Origin: Candidatus Peribacteraceae bacterium
Lineage (GTDB): Bacteria > Patescibacteriota > Gracilibacteria > Peribacterales > Peribacteraceae
Direction of reading: 5' to 3'
Assembly: GCA_028712095.1 (NCBI GenBank)
Contig: JAQTQU010000001.1
Span: 1 to 60,563 of the forward strand
DNA: 60,563 nt
Shown here: positions 35,051 through 43,722 of the stretch, in pieces
How the letters are laid out: every line of letters begins with the position of its first letter
Position numbering within the stretch: position 1 is the stretch's first letter
Notes under the pieces: generated by a model
Databases searched by the model: none
What the model saw: the letters and a program-made list of their open reading frames with translations, nothing else
Told to the model about the DNA's origin: nothing
Position numbers and translations under genes: made by a program

Positions 35051-35776
35051 CTATTTAATGATGCCCGATAATGTCAGAAGTTCTTGTATTAATTTTCTTG
35101 CATCTTGTTTAGTGTCATCCAAATCTTGCTGCTGGGTGATATATACCCTGTCATGAGCTGCAGTATCACCTAGTTGTTTGATTGTTGATATTACTCTGGA
35201 AGATCCTCTGCCTAAGTGCATATCAGAACAGGAGGAAATTGCAGAGATCAATTTCTCTAATTCAATAAATTTCCCATTTGTTTTGATTTTATCAGCCATG
35301 TTTTTTTTAATGAAAGATTCAATTATCAAAGATTCCATCAATCTACGAAGTAAAACTGCGCAGCTATCAAAAAAACCATAATCGTATGATCCATTGATCT
35401 GGGCTACCATTTTTTCTATATAATGTCTTGTTCCTCTTGTGAGCTCGACGGGCAGAATCGAAGAAGTCACAGGAACTTTCTTCAGCTCAAGCAGAGGACC
35501 ATATGTTTTACTTAATTCATCAAGATGCTTAACATTTATCTGGAAAGTGCCCGACCGTTTCCCTTTTACTGTTTTTGGATCTTTTGTTAAGGCACGTTTC
35601 AACTCAGTTACATTGGGTTTTCCTAGGCCATCAGTCCTCAGATCATCAGCTAATTCAGAAGCCGATCGTTCTTCAAACGTTTGAGTTTCTCTGTAAAACC
35701 ATAGTAGAGCGATAGCTTGTCCTGCCCTGGTTAAATTCTGCATTGCCACTTTCTTAATAAAATTTTCACGATTCAT
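35051..35776 (-). CDS. winged-helix-like N-domain + DUF4145-like helical C-domain protein
   Basis: 241 aa. N-terminal: SASELADDLRTDGLGKPNVTELKRALTKDPKTVKGKRSGTFQI. C-terminal: CAVLLRRLMESLIIE...IKQLGDTAAHD, which resembles DUF4145 as I recall it. Confidence 0.6.
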   Translation of the reverse strand: MNRENFIKKVAMQNLTRAGQAIALLWFYRETQTFEERSASELADDLRTDGLGKPNVTELKRALTKDPKTVKGKRSGTFQINVKHLDELSKTYGPLLELKKVPVTSSILPVELTRGTRHYIEKMVAQINGSYDYGFFDSCAVLLRRLMESLIIESFIKKNMADKIKTNGKFIELEKLISAISSCSDMHLGRGSSRVISTIKQLGDTAAHDRVYITQQQDLDDTKQDARKLIQELLTLSGIIK

Positions 35777-35788
35777 ATAACAGCGGGA

Positions 35789-36313
35789 TTATTTGCCGCC
35801 ATTAATCACAGCGGTGAGGTAGGTCAATCCCTTTCTGGTTATGCGATATTTTACCGCTTGGCCTCTCTTTCTTACCTTATCACCCGCAACGTACGATTTT
35901 GCAGAACCTGCGATGCAATGAGCAACATTAGAAACGCTGACAGGTGTACCAAGTTCAGTAAGAATTTTAGAAATTTCGCCTGTTTGCAGAGCTATTTCGT
36001 TTCTAAAATGTTGATGACTAATATATAGAGGAAGCAAAATTCTATTTACTAGACTTAATCTATCGAGAATGGTTTGCTCGATTTTTTCTGATTCGTCACA
36101 TTCCTTTATGGTGTTGATCAGCTCTAGAACATGATCACCGTTCATCTCGCCCTTATCTGTTGATGGTTTGTGCGGCTTTGTAGATCCTCCAGCGCTTCTA
36201 GGAGATGCTTCTGACTTTACCGAATAGAGTTCAAGAATTTTTGCAATTTCATCTGGATTGCCCTCAATAATAATGTCGGTTCCATCGGGAAGTTTAATGT
36301 GGGATTTAGCCAT
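35789..36313 (-). CDS. hypothetical protein with C-terminal winged-helix-like module, first gene of the AT-rich operon
   Basis: 174 aa. C-terminal: LQTGEISKILTELGTPVSVSNVAHCIAGSAKSYVAGDKVRKRGQAVKYRITRKGLTYL. It resembles the N-domain of the next protein. Confidence 0.6.
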   Translation of the reverse strand: MAKSHIKLPDGTDIIIEGNPDEIAKILELYSVKSEASPRSAGGSTKPHKPSTDKGEMNGDHVLELINTIKECDESEKIEQTILDRLSLVNRILLPLYISHQHFRNEIALQTGEISKILTELGTPVSVSNVAHCIAGSAKSYVAGDKVRKRGQAVKYRITRKGLTYLTAVINGGK

Positions 36314-36396
36314 ACACTATTTATTGCCTATTTTACGTTTAAAGTAAAGATAAGTTGGCAGAACGGTCACATACACTTAATGGCTGGGGAGGATAG

Positions 36397-37842
36397 CTAC
36401 TTCCTCATAAGCACATCCGTGAGGGTCTTCTCGTAGAAATGCTTTTGATCGGCAATGGATTCTTTCTTTGTAACCCACTCTGTCCACCCGGAATCCGGAT
36501 GCGCGAGGCTCTGTTCTTTGCCCAGGTTCAAGACATCTGCCGAAAGCATGACCAGTTCATTCATGTCGAGACGCGAATCGGGGCGCAGGGCCAGCGCGCG
36601 ATTGGCGCGGAAGATCATCTGCTCCACCGGGAGCACGGTAGATACCGCGTACATCCAGACGAAGGCGACGACGAGATAGCGCACGATATCCGTTTTCTCT
36701 TTCTGGAATAACGCGGCAATCAGGCGGATGAAGAGAAAGACCGCAAAAATGACCGTGTACGCCGCGAAAAACTTCTCGTAACTGAAGCCGTAGTAGAACA
36801 CGTACATGCCCATGCGTTTCGCCGCGGAAAGGAGCAGCAACAGCGACGCAACCATGAACACGGTCAACATGTTCTGCACAGGTTTCGACGTGCGGCGGTA
36901 GTACAGCACATACAGGAGCACATTGATGCCGCTCAAAAAGAACAGCTGCCAAAAGCCGCTCTTGACGAGGTGTTCCGTCGCAGGAAATTCCGCAGGCAGC
37001 GTATACACCCAGAGCGTTTTGAGCTGCGTGAAGAGGAAAAGCACGTAGAGCACCAGAATGCCGCCGAGCACGATGCCCGATACCACGGCATCCATGTGTT
37101 TCGTTTCTGTCTGCGCGGCGGATTCCTCTTCTTTCGTCCACTGCAGTAAGCCCGCAAGCATCACGACGGTGAGCACGAGAAAGACCGCGATCTTGAGCAG
37201 CGTTTCCAATGCGACCAGATTGAGCACGAATTCCTGCGCGCTCTGCACCATTGCCGCGAATGCGGCATCGGCACCCGAGAGCAGGGGAATGAAGAGTACC
37301 AGTGACACGAAGACCAGAATCGCCAGACCGGTCACAATGCGCTTGATGAGGTCGGATTTCTGTTTCCCTCCCGGGATGAGCGCGTGTGCCATTGCCGCAA
37401 TAGCCGGTTCGATCTGCTGCACAACGCCGAGCGCGCGTTCCACCATCCTCCGGATCCACGCACTATTCCACACGACATTTTCGTGGTGCTTGGTAGAAGT
37501 AATAATGAAGTACGCAACGAAGAGCAGCGGAAGCACGAGCATGTTCACCGCCTTGATGAAGGGGTTCTCGTAGAGCGCGAAACTGAGCGCAATGAGCAGC
37601 AAGGGGACCAGCCACACGTATTCCCGTGCGCCTGGGCGCTGTGATCGTCCGGCGTGGGTGTAGAGACAGACGAGGGCAACAACGAACACCGTCAGGTTCC
37701 AGCCGAGTGCCGAGACCTCCTTCGTCCAGATGCCCCACAGGGTGAGCACCCAGTACAGAGAGAGGAGCATCGTTGCAAAAACGGCTGTGCGCTTCGTTAT
37801 GGTGAACATAGACCCGTATTCTAGCGCGGGGCGGTCAGGCAT
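36397..37842 (-). CDS. polytopic membrane protein (DUF4153/DUF4173-like)
   Basis: 481 aa with at least 10 hydrophobic segments. High GC like the host. The family assignment is from memory only. Confidence 0.65.
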   Translation of the reverse strand: MPDRPALEYGSMFTITKRTAVFATMLLSLYWVLTLWGIWTKEVSALGWNLTVFVVALVCLYTHAGRSQRPGAREYVWLVPLLLIALSFALYENPFIKAVNMLVLPLLFVAYFIITSTKHHENVVWNSAWIRRMVERALGVVQQIEPAIAAMAHALIPGGKQKSDLIKRIVTGLAILVFVSLVLFIPLLSGADAAFAAMVQSAQEFVLNLVALETLLKIAVFLVLTVVMLAGLLQWTKEEESAAQTETKHMDAVVSGIVLGGILVLYVLFLFTQLKTLWVYTLPAEFPATEHLVKSGFWQLFFLSGINVLLYVLYYRRTSKPVQNMLTVFMVASLLLLLSAAKRMGMYVFYYGFSYEKFFAAYTVIFAVFLFIRLIAALFQKEKTDIVRYLVVAFVWMYAVSTVLPVEQMIFRANRALALRPDSRLDMNELVMLSADVLNLGKEQSLAHPDSGWTEWVTKKESIADQKHFYEKTLTDVLMRK

Positions 37843-37879
37843 CCAAGAGGGCGAAATGTGTTCCTGCGAGGCCGCTGCT

Positions 37880-38260
37880 TCACACGTTTCGCAGTGGTCT
37901 TCGGCGACGACGCCTATTTGTGTGAAGCCTTTTCATTTGTAAGGCGGAGAGTGTTTTTCCTATAGCCGATTTCTTCTTCATTTGGTCTTTTGCGATCAAC
38001 CCCAAGAGCAATACTTCTCTGAGGTTGTCGCCCTTTCTGTTCCAACGGAGCCGATTGCAGTACACGCACGCAGGCAGGCAGTTATCCGCTTCTTTCTTGC
38101 CACCCTTCGCTCTCTGAATCACATGGTCGGCCTCCCAGGCTCCGTCCAGATCGTTGATATTCTTACATCCATACTTTTTCAGGATCAGAGAATCACCGCA
38201 GAAATGACAGTGGCCTTCTGTTTTCTGGAAGATGAGGGCAAGCGCATTACCCGTGAACAT
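37880..38260 (-). CDS. small HNH endonuclease
   Basis: 126 aa. HNH core: HCHFCGDSL...WEADHVIQRAKGG...NCLPACVYCNRLRWN. Confidence 0.8.
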   Translation of the reverse strand: MFTGNALALIFQKTEGHCHFCGDSLILKKYGCKNINDLDGAWEADHVIQRAKGGKKEADNCLPACVYCNRLRWNRKGDNLREVLLLGLIAKDQMKKKSAIGKTLSALQMKRLHTNRRRRRRPLRNV

Positions 38261-38526
38261 GTGATGGATTGTAGCCGGATGAAACCTATGGGTCTATTTC
38301 AAGAGAGATCAGGATTGGGATTACGGTCTCGTACTCCTGTTTGTCGCATTCTATTGAATGACGAAGAAGGTGATTTGTCTGTACGATTGAGGATCCTGTG
38401 CTATCTTTTCCACGCATTGGGGAGCCCACCTTCGCCCGCTCTCGCGGGACTTCCCCCTTCGCCCTTACGGGCTACGGGGGACAAGTCGGCGGGCGAGAGC
38501 CCATTCCTGCTATCATCGTTTCACGT

Positions 38527-38601
38527 TGGGGAGTCGCCAAGTGGTAAGGCACCTGCCTCTGGAGCAGGCATTCGGGGGTTCGAATCCCTCCTCCCCAGCC
38601 A
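38527..38601 (+). tRNA. tRNA-Gln (anticodon CUG), CCA encoded
   Basis: TGGGGAGTCGCCAAGTGGTAAGGCACCTGCCTCTGGAGCAGGCATTCGGGGGTTCGAATCCCTCCTCCCCAGCCA. It has the U1-A72 pair and overall pattern of bacterial tRNA-Gln. Anticodon loop CTCTGGA. Confidence 0.92.
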
Positions 38602-38629
38602 CGTCAGCTTAAGCTGACGTGGCCAGCCA
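38593..38629 (+). repeat. 37-bp direct repeat DR1 (last 9 nt of tRNA-Gln plus hairpin)
   Basis: CCCCAGCCACGTCAGCTTAAGCTGACGTGGCCAGCCA, identical to 43619..43655. It contains the 22-nt palindrome CACGTCAGCTTAAGCTGACGTG. Confidence 0.95.
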
Positions 38630-38783
38630 ACACCTGCACGCGACCGTTCTGCCTATACGCTACAAATTCTTCATCGTATCCAGGTTCGAATCCCGTCTCA
38701 CTTGGGTACATTTCCCTTCTGCCTGGTCGACCAAATGCCATAAAACTCTCCGTCGAAACCTCTCGCGACTTTCCTCAAGAAGA

Positions 38784-41700
38784 TCAACGTCCCATCACTT
38801 CCTTCACGAGTGCGATAATCTTGGCCACCTCCGCGCGGGTGATGGGAGCATCGGGGCGGAACGTGTTCAGGGGATTTCCTTGGTCGTCCGTATCTCCGCC
38901 AATGAGCCCGTAGAAGGCGGCTGTCGCAATAGCCTTGGCGTAGGGATGGTCCGGGGGGAAATCGGAGAACGCGGAAGATTGATTGGCGATGGGAATGCCC
39001 ATCGTCTCCAGGATCGTCTGGATCACCGCTCCGCGCGTGGCTGGTTGCCGTACATCGAGCGAAGGGGTGAACACCGAGAGGTTCATAGCTTCGGCCTGCG
39101 CCACGTAGCTCGATGCCCACGTACCCTGCGCCGATGCATTGCGCGGAGGCGGCAGGTTTCCCGCGCTCTTTCCGGCGACATTCAGCGCCATCTTCAGCAC
39201 TTCGGCGTACGTCACGGGATTGCCCACGCCGAATTCCCCCTTGGGTTTGCCTGTTGCATCCGCGTAGCCTGTGGCGATCTTCTCTTCCACCATGAATGAA
39301 ACGTACGGCGCGAACCACGCCGAGAGGGGGACATCCGCGAAGAGCACGGGGACTTCATCCACGGCAGCGTAGAGCCTGCCGCGCCGCTCCGCGACGAGCT
39401 TCAGTGAGGTGGCAGCGCCCTTCAGGTTGCCACGGGAATCCAGCCGATCACGCAGAGCGAGACGTTCCCCGCGGCGCTCGGCATTCGTCTCCTGCTCCGC
39501 CTTCAGCGTTTCCTGCTCGGCCGATAAGGCGGCTTGGGCCTCGGCGAGATGCTTCTCCTCGAGGGCGATGGCCAGTGCCATCCGCTCTTCGCGGTGCAGG
39601 GCGAATTTCTTCTCGAATTCCGCCTTCGTCTGCTCGATCCGCGCAATTTCTGCTTCGTGTTCCGCAATCCGCGCGGCGATGCGCGCTTCGCGCTCAGCAG
39701 CCCCTTTCTCATCCCACTGCGATCGCTCGATCTCCTTCACTGTTGCCGCGATCACGGCGTTCTCCTGCCGCTTCCCCTCGAACCGCGCCATCAGAGCCTG
39801 TCGCGCCGCTTCGATCCTGCCAGTCATGTCCTCCTGACTCCCCCGTCTCCCTCCGGCGCTCTGGGTCGTACTCGCGGAGGCGCTGTCATCCCCGGTATTT
39901 TCCTCCTCCCCGAAGAGCCCGAAGGTGGAGAAGGCGGTCGTCGTGCACGATACCGTGTTGGCGCTCGTATCCACCGTGCAATCGCTCAGCTCGTTCCAGC
40001 TGCTCCCGTCCCAGCGGTAGATCTGGAGTGTCGCTTCGGCGTACCCGCTCACTTGCGCATCGGTGTACTCCATCTCCACTGCAATGGGTTGCAGGAAGCT
40101 CGTCACGAGTGTTGCCCCGCTGATCGCACGCAGGTCGTACATATGGTCTCCGATGACGGAGACGCCCGAAGGAGTGGACGTGACGGCGATGACCGTGTCC
40201 TTATCGAGTTTCTTGATCTGCAGCGCGATCGTATTCGTCGCCGCGTCGGCGGGGACGGTCAGCGCGGTGCCGGAACCCCCGCTCGTCATCGCGAGACTGC
40301 CCCCGGCGGTGGTGATGCTGCTCCCCGTCTGCGAACTCACGGTCGCGTCATTCGTGCAGCCGGTGGTGGTGAAGGTCGCGAGCGAACCCGTGGCGGTGTT
40401 GGCCGAAGGATCGCGGGAGACAGGGCGGAAGTGGTAGGTGGTGCAGGCGGGGAGGTCAGAGAGCGCCACCTCATGCGCCGTGACGCCGGCCCCGGTATCC
40501 GCCTCCTTCGTCGCCGTCCCCAATGCGGAGGTGAGACCGTAGTGGAGCCGGGTGCTGGCATTCTCGTCGGTTTCCCAGGTGATCGTGGCGGTGGATGACG
40601 TGACGGAGGCGGAAGCGGCGGCGGTGAAGGCGGGAGCCTCCCCCACCGTCGTGAAGCTCCAGTAGGTCGTGGAGGACTGGACTGCTGTATGGTTCCTGTT
40701 CACGGACGCGTCCTTGAAGGCGTTCGCCTCCCACACGACGTAGTATCCGGTGCTCTCGTCGAGGGTCGTTGCGGGATTGAACGTGAGCGAAGCGGAACCG
40801 TTCCCCGAGAGCAGCGCGCCCGACACCGTGATCGCCTCCACCGTGGCGTCATTGCTCGTCTTCTTGATGGTGAGGACGCCCGTTCCCGCCCGGGCGGTTT
40901 CATCGAACGTGAGAACGAGGTTGGCCGTCCAAGAGACATCCGTCGCGTTATCGGCGGGGGAGAGCGCGGAGACGCCCGGTGCGGTGAAATCCCCGGTCGT
41001 GAAGCTCCAATAGGTCGTGGACGCCTGTATGGCGGTGTGGCGGCCCCCGGCACTCTTGAAGGCATTCGCCTCCCACACGACGTAGTATTCCGTACTCTCA
41101 TTGAGCGTCGTTGCCGGATTAAACGTGAGTTCCGTCGTGCCGTTGCCCGAGAGGAGCGCCCCCGAAACGGTGATCGTTTCCACGGTGGCATTGTTGCTCG
41201 TCTTCTTGATCGTGAGCGTTCCCGTGCCGGCGCGCGCCACCTTGTCGAACGTGATCACGAGGTTGGACAGCGTGGAGACGTTCGTCGCGTCATCCGCCGG
41301 AGAGAGGGTGGAGACGGAGGGGGATGAAGTGGCAAGGGTGTACGCGAGAGCCTCGTTGGTGGCCGCCGTATCCTTGTTTCCGGCCGTGTCCATGCAGGCG
41401 ACGTACACGGTCTTCGCGCCGTCTTCGCCGAGGTCGGCGAGCGTGCAGGAGATCGATTGGGTACCGCTCCCCGAGCAGGCCGTGTCGTCGGACATCTCGT
41501 CGTAGGTCTCATCCCCGTCCGTCGAGGCCCGGCAGTTCCCATTCTCATTGAGCGAGAAGGTGACGGTGGGAGTGGCGTCATCGATCGTTTCCCCCGAAGC
41601 CGGCGAGAAGCCGGAGGGAGCGGGAACGGCGGTATCAACGGTGAAGGAATCGCTGCCGTACGCTCCTTCCGGAGTGTAGACGGTGCTGTTGTCGCGCCCT

Positions 41701-43439
41701 CGCGTCTCCATGGTGTGCGCGCCGTCGCTTTGAGCCGTGGGAGTGCAGGTGTAGTCCTCCGATGCCTCATTGAACGATCCGTCGTTGGAGGTGCAGCTCG
41801 TCCACGAGCCGCCGTCAATGCGGTACTGCACGAGCCCTACGGTCCCGCCGGTTTCCGTCACTGTTCCGGTGAGCGAGGGGGTGGAGTCCGTCGTGGGATC
41901 CGGCGCGTACGCCGTGAGCGTGATCACCGGCCCCGTCACGTCGACGGTCGTGAAGTTCCACGTGGTCGTAGTAGAAATCCCCGCGTAGTACAGCCAAGTG
42001 CTTTCGTGGAACGCATTGGGCTCGATGGTGACGTAATATCCTGTTTTATCATGAAGGATCGTGTCGGGGTTGATGGTGATGGTCGTGGTGCCCGAACCCG
42101 TGACGAGCTCGCCCGTGGCGGCGATCGTCTCCACCGTGGAGTTGTCGCTCGATTTCTTGAGGACGATGGAACCGGTGCCCCCCTGCACGGCGGTGTCGAA
42201 CGTGAGGACGAGGTTCGCCGTCTGCGAGACGCCCGTCGCATTGTCCGTCGGGGAGTACGCGGTCACATCCGGGTTCGTCGTCCCGAAGTGATCCCACCAG
42301 GCGATGTCATTGTCGTCGTAGGCTGCGGCGACGATGTCCATGTCGCCGTCCTGATCGACGTCGTACGGGTGGGCGTTGTAGACGTAATTGAACGAGGCGA
42401 TCGTCCGCTTCGTGAACGATTCGGAGCCGTCGTTGTCATACCACACGACCACGTCGCCGCTCTTGGAACCAACGACGAAATCATTGTCGTCGTCGCCGTC
42501 CACATCGGCGACTTCCACGCTTGATCCGCTGGTGAAATCCGCGTCAACGACATACTTGATGAAACTGCCGGTCCCGGTGCCGTCGCCTTGGTTCTCAAAC
42601 CAGTAGATGTCACCGTCCCCCGCCGCAGTGACGACGAAGTCCTGATCGCCGTCCTCGTCTATGTCCGCGGCGTCGAATGTGGAATTGCTGTTTGATGCCG
42701 TGTGGACAGTGATCTTCGTGAAGCTTCCCGTGCCGCTATTGAGAAATAGAAAGATATCATTGTCCCCTGAGCTGCCGGCAATGATATCTTTGTCTCCATC
42801 ACCGTCAAAGTCCGCTGTGTCGAAACCGTTGCTCCACAGGAGCGTATCATCAATGACGTACTCTGTGAAGCTCTCGTTCCCGTCGTTGATGTACCACGTC
42901 AGCGCCGACTCGCCCGGACCCGTCACGATGACGTCATACTCGCCATCTCCGCTCAAATCCTCCGCTGCGACGTGCAGGGGTCCGTCGAAGGCGGCGTCAA
43001 TGGTCTGCCTTGCGGCGAAATTCTCCGATCCGTCGTTCTCGTACCATATGACAATATTGCTGCCGTAGTCTGTGGCGAGGACGTCCAGATCCCCGTCTTT
43101 GTCGAGGTCGATCACGCTGAGGTCGTATGGGGCGGACAGCGTCGCGTCGATCGTGACCTCTGTGAAGCTCTGGCTGCCGTTGTTTCGGTACCACGCGATA
43201 GCGCCCTCCTGGTATCCTGTTGCGACGATGTCGACATCGCCGTCTCCATCGAGATCGACGGGTACGGCGTCTATAGCTCCGCCGAAGTTGTAATCAACGG
43301 TGTATTTTGTGAACGTGACGGCGTCCGCCCAGACTGCGAGCGGGAACAGGCACGCGGCGACGGCGCCTGCGGCGCAGACGATGCGCCCGAACCGGACCCG
43401 TACGCGCAGAGGGACGTTCACGGGAGGGAAGTGTACCAT
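38784..43439 (-). CDS. giant surface protein: FG-GAP/VCBS beta-propeller, multiple Ig-like/SbsA-type domains, Fn3-like domain, coiled coil, C-terminal SLH domains
   Basis: ORF-track 38784..43628. The ATG at 43439 gives MVHFPPVNVPLRVRVRFGRIVCAAGAVAACLFPLAVWA, a signal peptide. FG-GAP/VCBS-type repeats (e.g. DLDGDGDVDIVATG..WYRNNG). Repeated SPxDNATxVS...LTFD modules. E/A/R-rich coiled coil. C-terminal SLH: FADVPLSAWFAPYVSFMVEEKIATGY, FSDFPPDHPYAKAIATAAFYGLIGG. Confidence 0.9.
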   Translation of the reverse strand: MVHFPPVNVPLRVRVRFGRIVCAAGAVAACLFPLAVWADAVTFTKYTVDYNFGGAIDAVPVDLDGDGDVDIVATGYQEGAIAWYRNNGSQSFTEVTIDATLSAPYDLSVIDLDKDGDLDVLATDYGSNIVIWYENDGSENFAARQTIDAAFDGPLHVAAEDLSGDGEYDVIVTGPGESALTWYINDGNESFTEYVIDDTLLWSNGFDTADFDGDGDKDIIAGSSGDNDIFLFLNSGTGSFTKITVHTASNSNSTFDAADIDEDGDQDFVVTAAGDGDIYWFENQGDGTGTGSFIKYVVDADFTSGSSVEVADVDGDDDNDFVVGSKSGDVVVWYDNDGSESFTKRTIASFNYVYNAHPYDVDQDGDMDIVAAAYDDNDIAWWDHFGTTNPDVTAYSPTDNATGVSQTANLVLTFDTAVQGGTGSIVLKKSSDNSTVETIAATGELVTGSGTTTITINPDTILHDKTGYYVTIEPNAFHESTWLYYAGISTTTTWNFTTVDVTGPVITLTAYAPDPTTDSTPSLTGTVTETGGTVGLVQYRIDGGSWTSCTSNDGSFNEASEDYTCTPTAQSDGAHTMETRGRDNSTVYTPEGAYGSDSFTVDTAVPAPSGFSPASGETIDDATPTVTFSLNENGNCRASTDGDETYDEMSDDTACSGSGTQSISCTLADLGEDGAKTVYVACMDTAGNKDTAATNEALAYTLATSSPSVSTLSPADDATNVSTLSNLVITFDKVARAGTGTLTIKKTSNNATVETITVSGALLSGNGTTELTFNPATTLNESTEYYVVWEANAFKSAGGRHTAIQASTTYWSFTTGDFTAPGVSALSPADNATDVSWTANLVLTFDETARAGTGVLTIKKTSNDATVEAITVSGALLSGNGSASLTFNPATTLDESTGYYVVWEANAFKDASVNRNHTAVQSSTTYWSFTTVGEAPAFTAAASASVTSSTATITWETDENASTRLHYGLTSALGTATKEADTGAGVTAHEVALSDLPACTTYHFRPVSRDPSANTATGSLATFTTTGCTNDATVSSQTGSSITTAGGSLAMTSGGSGTALTVPADAATNTIALQIKKLDKDTVIAVTSTPSGVSVIGDHMYDLRAISGATLVTSFLQPIAVEMEYTDAQVSGYAEATLQIYRWDGSSWNELSDCTVDTSANTVSCTTTAFSTFGLFGEEENTGDDSASASTTQSAGGRRGSQEDMTGRIEAARQALMARFEGKRQENAVIAATVKEIERSQWDEKGAAEREARIAARIAEHEAEIARIEQTKAEFEKKFALHREERMALAIALEEKHLAEAQAALSAEQETLKAEQETNAERRGERLALRDRLDSRGNLKGAATSLKLVAERRGRLYAAVDEVPVLFADVPLSAWFAPYVSFMVEEKIATGYADATGKPKGEFGVGNPVTYAEVLKMALNVAGKSAGNLPPPRNASAQGTWASSYVAQAEAMNLSVFTPSLDVRQPATRGAVIQTILETMGIPIANQSSAFSDFPPDHPYAKAIATAAFYGLIGGDTDDQGNPLNTFRPDAPITRAEVAKIIALVKEVMGR

Positions 43440-43618
43440 TTCCTGTCCGCAAGTGTCATCTTGCGTCAGGGGCGATGAGATGGGGAACGGCTCGCAAGGC
43501 ATCTCCATGCAAGGAGATTTCAGATCGCCCCGACGATGAGCTGCCGCCACGGTCACCCGACCGTGCTGCCCTCTGTCAAAAACCTCACAAATCCTTGAAG
43601 GGAGTGGCAATATCCTTA

Positions 43619-43655
43619 CCCCAGCCACGTCAGCTTAAGCTGACGTGGCCAGCCA
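43619..43655 (+). repeat. 37-bp direct repeat DR2, identical to DR1
   Basis: Exact 37/37 match to 38593..38629. It lies in the upstream region of the giant gene. Confidence 0.95.
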
Positions 43656-43722
43656 CTTTACTCAACAACAATGAAAATCCCGACAGTTCGAAAATAGTGA
43701 CTCTTCGCAAATCATCCACCAG

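Larger units (their letters stand above)
34557..36390 (-). mobile_element. AT-rich island carrying a three-gene operon of unknown function
   Basis: A sharp visual drop in GC relative to both flanks. Three tightly spaced same-strand ORFs with 12- to 17-nt gaps. The island lies between repeat R2 and the 3' end of the gene at 36397. Confidence 0.5.

Noticed and set aside
33611-36390. Integrase, transposase or recombinase associated with the cassette-like insertions (also sought around 38630..43760 and 44254..44915)
   Set aside because: None of the ORFs in or next to the repeat-bracketed segments shows tyrosine/serine recombinase or DDE/HUH transposase motifs. The small HNH protein at 37880..38260 is the only nuclease-like neighbour, and it is not a recognised integrase.
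38619-39318. ORFs at 38619..39299 (+) and 38698..39318 (-)
   Set aside because: They overlap the 3' part of the giant SLH-protein gene and have shadow-ORF composition.
43440-43628. N-terminal 63-codon extension of the giant protein ORF
   Set aside because: The extension precedes the obvious signal peptide and runs into direct repeat DR2. The ATG at 43439 gives a normal secretory N-terminus.
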